From positions 115,384,001-115,448,000 of the forward strand of contig NC_087436.1 of assembly GCF_036321535.1 (NCBI RefSeq): 64,000 bases of DNA, written 5' to 3'. The notes under the pieces are model-generated. The model did no database searches, was not told the DNA's origin, and worked only from the letters and a program-made list of their open reading frames with translations. A program made the translations under genes and the position numbers. Below, one piece after another: positions 24,602 through 38,899 of the stretch. The stretch comes from Camelus dromedarius. Lineage: Eukaryota. Every line of letters begins with the position of its first letter. Position 1 is the stretch's first letter.

Positions 24602-25939
24602 GTCTTATTTTCTGTTACAGAGGAAACACAGCTCTTCCCTAGTGTTGACAAGTGATGGGAGGTGCTTAGGAAATCCTCAGTCAATTGTTGAACAACTCAC
24701 TTTTTAGAGACTGTATGTCCTTATAATCCTATTCCTCCATCCATTATTCACCAGAGCCATAGGAGCAAACACAGATTTCATGTTTAATTGTCCTTGTCTC
24801 TAAATAGAATTCCTGTGAATATTGGAGATCACTGTATGTTCCCATTAGGTCTTCTCATTTTTGCACCAGATATTTCTAGGTATATTAATTTTTCATAATT
24901 TGTCATTTCCAGATTTCTCAATATGCTGAGCCCTTTTCTCCTGGATAAACCCTAAGTCATCAATTAAAGCTCGGAACCTCAGGGTATCTTTGTCTTCTCT
25001 TTCATTGCATGTTTCTTTGTTTTTTCTCTTTCTTTCTCATTCATATTCTCTCTCTCTCTTTGTTCCTCTCCTGTTCCTGACAAGAGACAGCCAGCTCTCT
25101 TGTTCCATCTCTTTTCTTTTAGTCTATCATGTTCTCAAACTTGACCACGGCTAGCACTTCATTTCTCTTGTCCTGTATCTCTGTCCCTTCCTCTGCTGCA
25201 TGCTCAGTCACTGTTTCTGTCTTCTGATTCCTGTCTCTCCTCTTTGTCTTCCTCTTATTTCCCTTTCTCTCTGAGCCAACTGTGTATCACTAAATACAGG
25301 CCTGTTACTAGTATGTTCACCCTTCTCCTTTGTCACTGAACAACTGGCAGTTGTGAGCAATACGTGTAGCAATGCAGGCTGTCAAAATCTGGAGTCTGAG
25401 AAGGGTCAAACTGAAGGGTAACAAGATCTGTTTTTAATCCAAATTCTGCTTCCATTTTCCTGGAGGTAATATTGTGTTTTAAAGTTCTGTGAAATAATAT
25501 TACAAGTTTTCCTGTTATTATCACACCTAGCATTCAGCAGAGCTGATCCTTGGAAAAAAAAGAATAATAAGGTTTTGGTGAGATTCTAACTGTGAAATTA
25601 ACCCAAATAGAAAACGTTTGCATTCTGAGGAAGCCCGGAGGAATAAGGAACATTAAATTGCAAAGACGGGATTGACCTGCCACAGAGATAGACATTGTTT
25701 GGATGCTGAGCAGATAAATCTGGAGGTGGAGGTGTCAAAATGCAGTAGTTTTTGCACTTAAAGTGTCTGTCATTAAATCTGTGATTAATTGAGTAGATCT
25801 GCTGAATTTCTCATTGAAACACAGGACTTAGAACTATATACGGACCTCCAGAGAGGTCCAGTCACAAGATTTTAAGGATCATTACATACTTATTGCTCAC
25901 TATGTTACTGGTGCTGTGCTAGGCATTTTCACACAGTTT

Positions 25940-28020
25940 TTAAACTTTTAATTTTAAGATAAATTCAGTCTCATGAAAGAGTGCTGAAAAACAGCACAAA
26001 GAATCCCCATGGATCAGTAGTTCTCAACTGGGGAAGATTTTATGCCTTCTTCCCCAAGGATATTTGGCAATGTCTGGATACGTTTTTGGTTGTCACAACG
26101 AAAAGGGTGTGCTACTGTCATCTAGATGGTAGAGGCCAAGGATGCTGCTAAACATTCTGTAACACACGGGGCAGCCCCCCAAAACAGAATCATCCAGACC
26201 TAGATATCAATAATTCTGAGGTTGAGGAACCTTGTCACGAGTCCAAATGTCAACTTCTCACTCAGCCACAGTACAATGGTATGAATTAACATCGACACAT
26301 TGCTATTATCTAGTCCAGAGAACACATTCAAAACTTTCTGATTATTCCACTAATACCCTTTTCCTTATTCAGAATCGAGCCTAGGATCCTGTACTTAATT
26401 CAAACACAATTTTTGTCTCCTGTAGTCTTCTATGACCTGACACTTTTGAAGACCATTGGCCAGACATTTGAAATGACTTCTTTTGACTTTGTAGAATACA
26501 TTTTTAAAATTTAGTTATGTATTTTTGATAGGAATATCACAGAAATGATGTGTCCATCTTCGTGAATGATAGCAAGAAGAGACAATGTTTTTTTTTCCAC
26601 TAGTGATGATAACTTTGATCACTTAATTGAAATGATGTCTTCCAAGTTTCTCCACTGTAATTTACTATATTCCCCTTTGTAATTAAGTATCCTGCGAAAG
26701 TTACTTTTAGATTGTGTAAATATCTCATTTTTCATCATATCTATTATATCATTAATTTTATTACTCATTAATGATTCTTTCCTGAAAAAAAATGTTGCTT
26801 TAGAGTTTGGCCAATGCTGTTTTCCTATTTCCATCATTTTAAAAAATATTTATTGGTTGGAATTCTCTTGTAAAGGAGAGCTTTCCCTTATCTTCTATGT
26901 ATTTGTTTATTCAATTATTTTAATGATTTCAGCATAGACACAAAGGATTCTATTTTTTCCTAAGGTTGTATCTTTTTGTTGTTATTATTTTACTCAATAT
27001 GCACAAAATTTGGCCATTGAGAGCTCTTTCAAGCTGTCTTTTGTGCATTTTTGAAATGTCTTCACCAAGTTCTAAGTACGTCCTTCCTTTCTGGTGCTAC
27101 AAGATATTTCAGGCTCCTCTGGTACTTCCTCTGCCCTAATCAGCCATTTCTCCAGTTCCTTTATTTAAGAATGGTACTTAGAAACCAACCTTTGGTGATG
27201 AATGTGCTCACTGGTATTGGGGTATCATTGCTTCTAGTTTCTCTCCGTACACAGAGTTAAGAAATATGGATATGTATGCACAAATTTATTTTTCTAAATC
27301 TATCATCTGTCTACCTATCTAATGTGTATACATATGTATTTAAAGCAGACATTTAATACACATACCTCCAATTTTAACATAACATTAAAAGATTCTACCC
27401 TTTCCTCTTCCCTTATTTGTAACTTTTTTCCTAGACAGTGAGAAACGTGGCATTTATTATTTGAAGTATATATTTACTTATTAGCTCCATCATCAAATAC
27501 AAATAAAATAGTTTTAGCAATGCTAACCCAAATCAATGTGAACACACACCTACTAACAAAAAATATTTGTGTATAGTTTTCTTGAGCTATAGTCTTACTG
27601 TATATATATATATATATATTTTTAAATGTTACTTCAAAGTCATCTTAATTATCTCCCTCTTCTGATTTAATATTTTATGCTACTTACCTGTAATACAATT
27701 TTCTTCCATTTGCTTTTTAGGACATTTCTTTTGGCTTCCTCTTCATTATTGGTAATTTTAGTCATTTTTAAATTATAAAAATGTTCAAAGTTAGAATTGT
27801 ACAAAAAGCTAAATTTAGAGAAGTATCACTCTTTACACCCGAGTCGCATCCTCCCACCCATCCCACTCTGTTTTTATTCCCTTCGGGAGATAAGCAGTCT
27901 AGTGATTTCTGCTTTATCCTTCTTGGCTTTCTTTTCACATGAATGGTCAGATATGTGTATGTTTCCTTATGTTCTCTTTTTACATAAAAGAGAGCATTAT
28001 ATAGCTAGACTTTTGCTCTA
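25940..28020 (-). mobile_element. Old L1M (L1MC/ME-like) 3' region
   Basis: 'gatgataactttgatcactt...tttctccactgtaatttact...tttggccattgagagctctttcaag...ctggtgctacaagat'. Confidence 0.75.
26015..26234 (+). mobile_element. MER20 hAT-Charlie nested in the L1M
   Basis: 'cagtagttctcaactgggg...atttggcaatgtctgga...gtagaggccaaggatgctgctaaacat...gaggttgaggaaccttg'. Confidence 0.92.
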
Positions 28021-28829
28021 GACACAATGATTTACCTAATTCTTGAAAGAATCCTTTGAAATGTTAGAAGTAAAGTTATTTGAGAAGCCTAGTGAATTTT
28101 CCCAGGCTAATTCTTCACGGATTAGTGAGGAATCTAATTGGAAAAATCTTTTTGGCATTTAAGACAGGCAGATGTCACCTCCTGTGTAACAAATGTACCC
28201 TTTCCCAAAGAACAAATTAGGTTTATTCTTCTCCATCCTGTCATTGCAACTTTTATGTATTTTTATTTGTTACTCTGTATTTTAATTTTCTATTTTCCTC
28301 CCTTGAGAGTAACCATCTTGAAATCAAGGCCAAGTCATAGTCCTCTTACAAATGTCTAAGAGACTAAATAACATCTGGCATTTTTTAGGTGGCTAGTGAA
28401 TCATATATTGAATTCAATACAAATAAAAAATAAGCGCTTTTAGTGATAAAAATCAATGATAGAGATTTCAAAATTTAGATGTAAAATTACTTTTTATAAA
28501 ACTCTATTTTCTATGAAAAGCTGTTTATAAACTCATTCTTACTACAAAACTCATTCTTTGTTTTGATTGAATACCAAGAAAATTTAAGGGTTCCATTTGT
28601 TTTCCAGCACAGATTTACTTTACAACATTAATTTAATTATATTTTTCTTTCAAATGAAAGGTATATATATATATATATTTAAAGATTCTACTTTTAGATC
28701 ATCTAGTGGCAATTGGGTTTTATTCCCAAGCAGCATATGTTCTGCCTTTCAGGTAGCAATGCCCAACAAACACTGGATAAGTACTCTTTTCTCTTCTTAG
28801 TCTTTTTAGTTTTTGTTTTTTTTTTTAAT

Positions 28830-29200
28830 GGACTTGACAACTTCCTCATGTGCTGGATTTATATGTAACCCAACTATGTTCAATAAGATCATAGCATACC
28901 CCTTCTTTCTGTGATTGGTTCAAGAATAAACAAGTGATCCAACCAGAGTAGATAAGAACCAACTCAGTGTAATGTTTTTGTTGAAATGCTAAGAAAATAA
29001 AATTCACTCATGGTGAGAGGGTTGCATTGAGGACTGAGGGTAAACCTGGAGCTTCTGGCAGACATCCTGTCCCCATAAGAATGGAAATTTCATGGGGGCA
29101 AACAAAGCTGAGGATAGAAGAAGCAAGACAAAATCCTTAAGTCATTAGTTTCAGCACTTGAAGCCAGCTCTACTACTGTACTCTTCAGTTATGAAGTCCC
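28830..29200 (+). mobile_element. Old MLT1 (J/K/L-like) LTR fragment
   Basis: 'gtgattggttcaagaat...caagtgatccaa...aacctggagct...cacttgaagccagc'. Confidence 0.55.
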
Positions 29201-29272
29201 CTTCTAGGTGGGAAAAACAGAGAGCTGTTGGTAAAGACAAAGAGATAAACCCAAGCAGCAAACTGCCTAGAG

Positions 29273-29587
29273 CAGAGGTTGGCTTTTTTTTCCACCATAA
29301 AAGGTCATATAGTCTAGGCTTTGTGAGTAATATAATCTGCATCAACTACTCAACTCTGCTGTAATGGGAAAATAGCCACAAACAATACATAAATGTGTGT
29401 AGCAGGCTCCAATAAAATTTTATTTATAGACATTCAAATTTGAATGCTATATTATTTTCATGTGTTTCTAAATATTATTCTTGTTTGAATTCTTTTTAGC
29501 ACCTTAAAAATATTCTTAGCTCATGGGCCATATAATAACAGGCAGTAGTAATCATCTGGTCTATGGGCCACAGTTTGCCAAATCCTG
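29273..29587 (+). mobile_element. MER58B-like hAT-Charlie with 8-bp TSD
   Basis: termini cagaggttggc / gccaaatcctg; flanks gcctagag (29265-29272) and ttctagag (29588-29595). Confidence 0.85.
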
Positions 29588-30758
29588 TTCTAGAGCAGCA
29601 TGAAACCTTACCTGGGACATCAGGAGAGATAACATTTACAATTTCCTAGACAAGGTTTCTGATTTCTGGGATTTCCTTTCCAACTGGACAGGTAGAACAG
29701 GGATGATAACATAGATACATTAATCATAGTGTTTGTGTATTGGCAGGAAGAATCTATGATATAGTCAAAGAAAAAGATATCAATACAAGTCAGTAAAAAT
29801 TAAGTGAGTTAAAGGGTTAAATTAGAAGAACATTTTACATGTCTATGAATGTCACAATAGATTGATCTCATCAGTGGCTCAAATTCTTCATTTTTTTCTG
29901 TAATCATACTCTTTGCCTAATGACTTTGTCAATAGATAACCAACTCTCAGACAAATGAACAGCTGATAGGTGAACATCAGAGGCATGACCTGTCTGACCA
30001 TCCAGATGCTTGAGCAAATAAACACTTATTTTTTGTTGTTTAAGTGGTGCATTTTGGCTATTTCTTGTGCTGTATTACTGTTTCAGAACCTCATGCAATG
30101 GAAAATAAAATTGGGCTGGAAAAAATGTTCCATGGTTATAAAACAATGTCCTTTCCTGTGACCACAGCAGAAAGATGAGCCAAAAATATTCTGGGAATTT
30201 CACTGCATCAAGTGAGGTTTTAGATAAAAGCTGAACTGCACATGTACTTCCCAGATGCCTTAATATGAGAATTCCACATTACAGTACAGATTTCTTAAAC
30301 AAAAATTATATGGAAATGAAGTAAATAGTAATTAGAGAGGGAACACCAAGTGATTGCCACATTGGAGGAAGGTATCGAAAAATACTTATGTCACAGAAAA
30401 AAGGGAAGTCTTAAGAAAAAGAATTTGAGCTTAGAATAAAATGGTAAATGTAGGTCTAAATATCCCAGAGCTTCTGGGTATGGCATGTATCGGTTGTATC
30501 TCCCACTGACTTTGATTAGAGTCCATGTCAGTATTAAGTACACCAACGGCCAAGCACATGGTGTTGCCTGTGCTATTTGATGGCAAAGTGATCTAGAAAT
30601 AGCCTGGGACTGAATCACTGTAAAGGCTCCTCTCAGTTATCAGTGTAAGAGAGGATTGGAGGACACTAGAAGCTCCCCGCTCAGATCTTTCCCCTGGCCC
30701 AGGACTTTAAGCTCTTCTGAAAGTTGGGGGAGGATACAGGAATAGAACAACAGTGATG

Positions 30759-30760
<2 letters not shown>

Positions 30761-30823
<63 letters not shown>
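30761..30823. repeat. (AAT)21 microsatellite at a MIR tail
   Basis: perfect trinucleotide run; it produces the poly-Leu ORF 30640..30828. Confidence 0.97.
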
Positions 30824-30825
<2 letters not shown>

Positions 30826-31099
30826 CATCCATGTGTATTGAGTTTTTCATGTTTCAGGCACAGTGAATGCTAGGAAACTGAACTGTATCAAATCCGTAAG
30901 CCGTCATAACACACTAAGTATTGGCATTCTTATTAGCTCATAGGTAATGCAACTGAACTTTATGAGGTCAAGTCATTTACCTAAGGTCGCAATGCTAGTA
31001 ATTGAAGGGAAAGAGACTTTAATCAAGTTTGAGTTTGAGCTTTAGTACTCGCACAGAAGAGGGAATGGTTAACAAATTGCAGCAGTCAGAGAAGTTGTA

Positions 31100-31480
31100 C
31101 TGGAAAGATGCTTTTTCTGGGTTTTTAAGAATGTATAGTAGAGTGCCAGGTTTAAGCAGGTGTATCAGGGGGAAGGAGAAAACTGCTCCTGGAAGAGTAA
31201 ACAGACTTTTCCAAGACACCAGGGCACATGCTTGCGAAGCATAAGCAGTTTAAAGTGGATGGAAAATACACATAAGGCTGCAGCAGCAATGGATCGTCCG
31301 GGAGAATAGGCAAGAAAAGATGGTGGATATTATCTGCTGTATTCCAAAGTCTAGGTTTCATTTCGTAGACCATAGGGGGTCCTTGAAAGATTTTATGCTG
31401 CAAAATGATATGGTTAGATTCATATTTTAGAGTGTTCACTTGCTCTGACCATGCAGAGAATAGTCTGGGAATAAGTGAAA
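31100..31480 (-). mobile_element. L2 fragment
   Basis: 'gaaagattttatgc...tgatatggttagattcatattttagagtgttcacttgc'. Confidence 0.65.
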
Positions 31481-33339
31481 CAAGTTTCATTTTCACACAT
31501 TAGGAATGGAATCAGTTCAATGTAGGCAAAGCATCTCTTAAGTATATTCAACAATATTCCATTAATACACTATTCATTTAAAGAATGCTGAACTGAGTAC
31601 TATGAAAGAGAATTAAAAGAAGTACAGTGGTCTCAAAGATTAGCATAAGGGAGTATGTGGTGTTAGACTTGAGATCCATGAGAAAAAGAGAAAGCCCCAG
31701 TATTGCAACTCTACTCTCCAACTAACTCAAGAGATATATAACTTTTCTCTTCTAAAATTGCAGGAGAAATTGTCATGTACCTTCTAATGAAAGAAAAGCA
31801 ATGGTCTCAGTTGAATTCTGGGCTTTTTTAATGCTTTAAACTTCAAGAATCTTCACTTTTCCATTTCACAGCCATTATAAAAACCAAATAGCTTTTTATT
31901 TTTTAATTATAGTTCTGACAATTAATCTTCTTAATATTCTTCTTCCCTGAGGAGCCCTCAGTGGAATTGGGGTGCTCTTTAGAAATTATAATCACTGAAA
32001 TCTAGCTTCAAATACTATAAAACTAGGACCACTTTACAAATCTTGTTTGTGTAATAAAATAACGAGATGAAGCCACACACATACACATACACACACATAC
32101 ACACACATGTACACACAATTCATTGGAATGTAATAAAAAATATATCAGTAGAACCCCAAATCATCAAATGTTGATACAGCTCTCTATTTGTATATCATCT
32201 ACCCAGGCCCTTGGATTTATAAACATACAGTCCCCAGGATTAAGTCTATTATATAGTAGCATTGCACACATTACTTGAGATGTTAGCCCTTAATCCTTTT
32301 CTGGTGAGCAGGGCTGGGGCACAAGTTATCCTGGAGCACCTCTAGCCTCTTCAGTTTAAAGTCTAGACTAGAATCTACTGAGAAGTCTGCCCTGTGCTTC
32401 CTGTCCCTTAGATCCTATTTGGGAGCTAAAGAACGGACCTCCTCCTCTGCCTGAGTTAAAAACCAGTATGAAGAAAGTTCAAGTCATGCAAGAGGGGATC
32501 AAAATGACAGGCTTGCTGTTGATACAGATTATGATGGTGAAGACGGCTTAGGTGTGTTAACCCGTCTGTGAAACACGGAGTTCCACATTTAGAAAGACTT
32601 CCACATCCACTCACAGGCAATACTAGACAATCTCAGCACTGTGTCTCCATTCCCAAATCTCATCAACCATTCCCTTCCATGCTCAAAGGGGCATGACTCA
32701 CCATTAAACTTGTCTCATAGCTTAGAGTAGAAGAGAGTACATGTTCCCTCAGACATCCAGATATTAGAGAGAAGTGGAAGAAGAGAAAAATAAAACAGCT
32801 CTGTGAAGACCCAATTCAAGTTCTCAAGTTAGATAACAGATTCCTCTTCAGAATGGAAAGATTGAAAGGGCAAAGACATGTCAAATATGTTACATTAATT
32901 GATGTCCCTTTACATGGAGCTGTGGAACAAGAAGAGGATCTCTTCCACCATCTACACAAAAGGACACTGACATTCGAGATGTTAACAGTCTAGGATCGAG
33001 AGAGCCCACTGAGGTCCTCAACCCTTCTGCAGGCTTAACATCCCATCACATGGCTTCCTTTCTTTTGGATTCACTCAAGTGACTACTTGGTTTTCCTGGT
33101 CAGAGGACCTCCAACAAATCAAGAGGTCGGTTCATGTCAAAGCCATATGAACTGCATGACAAACCACAGAAAACTGACCCAATGACAGAATTCCAGAGAG
33201 GAAGTACTAGAAACTGGTGTGCCTTGAGAGAAAGTGATGGAAAACATCATTGCAGAGAGAGGCTCCCCAGTGTGCAATCTTACCATGGTGACAAAAGCAG
33301 TAGGATGGAATAGCAGTAACTAAAGCAAGATAATCTCAA

Positions 33340-33605
33340 ATGCAAAGAGGCACATGGTTTAGAGATGTAAAGCTCTAGTTCTGGGATTTTATACTGGGAT
33401 CTGCATCCTGGTACTAGCGCTTTCTAGTTGTTTGTCTCCAGAAAAGATATGAACCACATTGAAACTTAAGTCTTCTCATCTGTACACTAAGGATGCTAAA
33501 GATACTGATGGCACTACCTGGGGTTATTTAATGACTAAAGATGAAAAAGCACTTAGCTCAAAGTCTGAGACAAATAAAATATTAGTAATTGTGAATTATT
33601 CTTAA
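33340..33605 (+). mobile_element. MIR SINE
   Basis: 'cttaagtcttctcatctgtac...gggttatt...aaagcacttagc'. Confidence 0.65.
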
Positions 33606-33674
33606 TATCAGTACAATTAATATTAATAAATGATAAAATTATTGTTATTTCTTTGATTAAAATCTCCTTTTTTT

Positions 33675-35819
33675 TCTTTTTAATGAGTTTTATTTGGATA
33701 TAATTCATATATCATGAAATTTGATCTTTAAACTATGCAATCCAGTGTTTTTTTTAGTATATTCACAGACCTGAAGAACCATCAGTGATATCAAATTTTA
33801 TATTTTAATCACTGCAAAAGAAACTCCATGATTGTTAATGGTGACTCAGCCTCCCCACTCTCTTGCCACCACAACCAGCCCTGGCAACCACTATTCTAAC
33901 TTCTGCAGGTAAAGTAGATGAGGTGCTTAGTAAATCACCTGGCACATAGTAAGTGGCCAATATCATTACCATCAAAATTTAACACCTGATAACTCTACAT
34001 TTAGTCCAATATTAATACTTTACACTTGAATGAAGAGCATTGATATGCGTCTTTGTGTATTTTAAGTACATGACTTCAGGAGACTTTGGGGTTGGAGCTC
34101 AGCTATTCAGCATTATAACTCAACATACTAGTTTTAGTTGAGATACAATTTATATAAGAATTCACCATTTCAAAGTGTACACTTCAGTGGCTTTTAAGGG
34201 AAAACAACTACTCTTACTACATAATTGAAGAACATTTTTAAAACTCAAAAAAAAAACCAAAACTCATACCCATTAGCATTCATTCTCCATTCCCTACTTC
34301 CCCAAGACCCTGACAACAACCAGTATACATTCCATCTCAAAGAATTTGTATATTCTGGATGTTTCAAATAAATGGAATCACACATTGAATGTTTTTGTGT
34401 ATCTAGCCTTCATCACTTAGCGTGCTGTGTGCCAGGTTTACTCATGTGGCAGCATGAATCAATGCTTTATTCTCTTTCATGATAGAATAATATTCCACTG
34501 TATGGGGAGACTACGTTTTATTTACCATTCACTGGTCAACGGGCATTTGTTTGTACTTTTTGGCTGTTGTAAATAATGCTGCTGTGAACATTCACGTACA
34601 CATTTTTGTTAAGATTTTTTTTATTATTACCTTGTAATAACTAGAAGTGAAATTGCTGGCTCATATGGTAACTCTAAGATTTTGAGATCTGCCAAAATGG
34701 CTGCAACACTTTACATTCCAGGTTTTCCCACCACCTCACCAACACTTATTATCTGCTTTGTTTGATTTGTCATATCTGTGAGTATGAAAATGGATTTTGT
34801 TGTATTTTGAACTGAGTTCTCATAAATTATTTATGATTTTGAGTGTCTTTTCATGTGCTTATTAACTACTTCTGTATCTTCTTTTAGAAATGTCTATGCA
34901 AACACTTTGCCCACATTTGAATTGGGTTAGCTCTATATTTTAATTTGTAATAGATTCTTTTATTTTGAATACGAGTCCCTTATAAAATACAAGATTTGTA
35001 AATATTTTGTCCCACAGGATCGTTTATAGGCTGTCCTTCATGTTTATTAAAGGTGTTTGATGCGCTTATGCTTAAAATTTTTTAATTTTTTATGATATTT
35101 AATTTATATTTTGTCATTTATACTTTTGTTGTCATATATAAGAAACTATTGTCCAACCTAAAGTCACAAATATTTTCACCTTTTTTTCTTCTAAGGGTTT
35201 TATAATTTTAGCTCTTACGTGTAGGTTTTATTACATTTTTTGAGACAAACTTTCTGTATGGTGTAAGGTAGAGTTTTAAATTTTTTCCTTTACATGTAAT
35301 TATCTAGTAGTCCCAGCATCATTTGTTAAAATGATTATTCTTTCCCCATTGGATTATCTTGTCACTATTGTCAAAATCAATTGACTATAAATATAAAGGC
35401 TTATTTTTGAACTATCAGTGCTATTCCATTGATCTATATGACTCTTTCCATTTTAGAACCTTTAGAACCATACTGTCTTGATGAAGGCAGCTTTTTAGTA
35501 GGTTTTGAATTAAGAAGTGTGAGTCTTCAAACTTCATTCTTTTTATGAAACATTTGTCTGGTTAGTCTTGTTCTTTTGTATTTTTATACATACTTCAGGA
35601 TCAGTTTATCAATTTGTGTGAAGAAGACAGCTATAATTTTGATAGGAAATATTGAAGATGTAGTCAATCTAGGGAATCATGCCATGCTAACAATATTTAG
35701 TCTTCCAATGTGTGAATGTTAATGTCATTCCATTTCTTTAGATTTCTGATTCCTTTAGCATTATGTTGTCATTTTTGGTATACAAATCTTACTTTTTTGT
35801 TGATTTTTTCCCAAATATT

Positions 35820-35874
<55 letters not shown>

Positions 35875-36670
35875 CATTTTTATTGAGTTATAGTCATTTT
35901 ACAATGTTGTGTTGAATATTTTATATTTTGGTGATATTGTGAATAAAATTGTTTTTATTTTCAGATTGTTTGAATTGTTTCTGATTTAGAATTTTACTTT
36001 CAGGCTGCTCACTGCTGGTGTATAGAAATGTAGTTGATTTTCATATATTGATGTCATGTCCTGAAACTACACTGCTCTTCTTTATTAGCTCTATTATTAC
36101 TTCTTAAAATTTCTTCAGATTTTCTATATACTAGGTGATGTCATCTGAAAATAGAGATAGTTACTTCTTTCATTTCAATTTGAGTTACTACATTTTATTT
36201 TTCTTCTCTAATTGCTCTGACTAGACCCTCCAGTGCAAGGTTAAACTGAAGTGATAGAGTGAATATCCAGGTCTTTTTTTTTTTTTTTTGAATCCTGGAA
36301 GGAAAGCATTTAGTCTTTCGCCAGTAATTATAATGTTATAATGTGGATTTTTCATAGATGCCCTTTGTCAAGTTCAGAAAGGTGTTTTTTTGAGTGTTTT
36401 TATAAAAAAAAGAAATTGCTGAATATTGTCAATTTTTCTGAAACTATTGAGATGATCATGTGCTTTTGTTCTTTACTAAAATAATGTATTGTATTAATTG
36501 GTTTTAGAATGTTAAAGCAATCTTGAATTTCTGGGCTAAATCTCATTTGGTTATGGTATACAATCTGGATTTGGGTTACAAATATACTGCTGAGAATTTT
36601 CCACCAAAATTAATATATTGGGCTGTAGTTATACTTTCTTGTGATGTCTGTATCTGGTTTTGGTTAATCA
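33675..36670 (-). mobile_element. Old L1M elements (3'UTR plus ORF2 C-terminal remnant), fragmented
   Basis: antisense L1: 'aataatgctgctgtgaacattc', 'tcccagcatcatttgttaaaa', 'aaatcaattgac', 'aggatcagttt', 'gtcatctgaaaatagagatagtt', 'ggaaagcatttagtcttt'. Confidence 0.9.
35824..35914 (-). mobile_element. Minimal young L1 3' end with (ATTT)n tail, inserted in the old L1
   Basis: (ATTT)n plus 'ttttattgagttatagtcattttacaatgttgtg'; 10-bp TSD aatattttat (35814-35823 / 35915-35924). Confidence 0.8.
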
Positions 36671-36882
36671 TTGTCCCCAAGAAACTTACAAAATATGGTA
36701 CAAATTAAACAACAACATATATGAAGCACCAAAACACATAAACCATTGTTTTTGCCAGCAATGGCCCAGACTCAAACTGCAGGTCAACAGAGCTCACGAT
36801 TCTTGACTTTCTATATAGTATATATATGTTGATGTGATAAGGCCGAGGTGGGGGAAAAGTATTTGCAGTATTACTGGTAAAT

Positions 36883-37097
36883 ATAGTAGCTTCCCTTAAC
36901 CACAGTTTTACTTTCCATGGTTTTAGTTGCCTCTAGTCAACTGCTGTCTGAAAATATTAAGTGAAAAATTCCAGAAATAAACAATTTATATTTTTTAAAT
37001 AGCAGGCTGTTCTAAGTATCGTGATGAAATCTCACATGGTTGTCCCATTCTGTCCCACCTGGGATCCCCAACCAATGATATCGTCTGCTCCTGACAT
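36883..37097 (+). mobile_element. TcMar-Tigger (MER44/Tigger7-like) fragment
   Basis: 'tctgaaaatattaagtgaaaaattccagaaataaacaatt...gttctaagtatcgtgatgaaatctc'. Confidence 0.8.
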
Positions 37098-37149
37098 ATA
37101 TTGAAGAGTATCAAACATATCATGAAATGTCCTGTTTTATGTTTTAAAG

Positions 37150-37280
37150 ACGTTTTGGAAATGGACAGAGGCGATGGTAACCTAACATCCTGAATGTAAT
37201 CGACAACACTGAATTGTAAACTTAAAAAGGATTAAGTTGTAAGTTTTATATGATACATGTTTTAGCAAAATGTTAAAAAG
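37150..37280 (+). mobile_element. L1MB-like 3' end
   Basis: 'gttttggaaatggacagaggcgatggt...cactgaattgtaaacttaaaa'. Confidence 0.7.
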
Positions 37281-38899
37281 ATAGAGGAAAAAAGACATCT
37301 GAGGTTGGAATGTGAGAAACACATTTGAAAGAGGAGGAAGATAATCAAGGAGTGCATTTAAGATGGAGAAGTGGCCTCACTAAGTCCTCACAGACATCTC
37401 AGTGTGTTAGAAATTGTTTTCACATGTAGAAGCCGAGACCCAGAGACATTCTGAGACAAAAGTTGAAAGATATTCTAAATCAGAGCTGGCAGAGAAGCTT
37501 TCTGTCTTTGCAGTAAATTAAGAAATGCATTTGTTGCTAAACGTATGCCCCTCTACCTCCTCATTGCTCAATTTTGATGTTTAAATAAGCTTTGCTTTTC
37601 ATTTTGAAGTCTTAGATATAAATCACCGTTTCAACTATGCATGAAAATTCCCATCAACACAAATATTAACAATTCTTTTATTATAACAGTGCAATTATGC
37701 CATATATAGCAGCAATGATAGTACACGCTTTAAAATAGTCATCACATTGTCTGAAATCTCTGGAAGAAAAGATAATTAAGATATTCTCTGATTTAAGTAG
37801 TACTCCACTATTCGTCACATTGCCTATTAAATGAATATTTTGATTTTTTAGATTAAAAGACACTACAGAGAATGAATATTAAAAGAGGATTTTCCAAAAA
37901 ATGTTAATTAAAAAAGGTCTATTTTGTGGGATTCATATCAGTCTCATTATTCTTTTTGCAAACTCTTTATGATAAGTAAAAAAAAATCTTTGATATTTAA
38001 AGCCTCATAATAGAAGATCTGCAAAGATAAGTATAATCAGAGGAACAGTGCATCAGAATTCAAGTACCTTTGACAATGGTCTAATCATACTGGGCAATTG
38101 AATGCATTTGTCCAGAGAGAATGAATTCCAATGACTAAGACTCAGGCATTTTGATATTATAAAAGAAGCCCACGAATTCCCTGATCAGTTAAAATGGAAT
38201 TGTCTTCACTTTACAAAAATAATTTCCATAATTGAACCATGAAAATAGAAGCAAGGCAATGCAGTATTAGAATAATTTTGATACACGCTTATGCTATCTT
38301 TGTAAAAATATGTCTCTTAATTATCTCTGAATGTCCAGTAGAAGTTTAAGCACTTGCATACATCAAAATAATAATCTCATGAAATTATTTTATTGCACGG
38401 GGAAGACTACCTTTGCAACTTTAATTCTGGAATGTTTCTTTCAACAACATCTCTCTGGTCATGGTCATCTATGTGCAATTCACTCCACAAACATTGATTA
38501 TGAGTGTAGCCTATGGTATGTGTTGTGCTTCAGAAAAATGAATAAGCTGATGTTTCAGTGCAGCGAGGAAAGGAGATAAAAGGTTTGAGGTTCTAAAGCC
38601 TTGATTGTGTCACTTATTAATTCCATGACCTTAGAAAAGACTTAGACATTTACTGAATGTAAATTTCTTAATCTGTGAAAATGGACACTCAATTTATCTC
38701 ACATGACTGTTATGAGAATTAGGTAAAATAATCCACATAAAGAGCTTAAAGCCCAGATCCGGATCATAACATATGAATGCTTTATGGGAGCCCACCTTCT
38801 GTCTTGGCCGCACCAAGTTCACATTGGTGAGAACAATTAAAATGTTTTAGAAAATTGATAAACTTACTGAATGTATACTACATTTCATGTATAACACAT

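Noticed and set aside
30640..30828. Poly-Leu ORF resembling a signal or transmembrane peptide
   Set aside because: Translation of the (AAT)21 microsatellite
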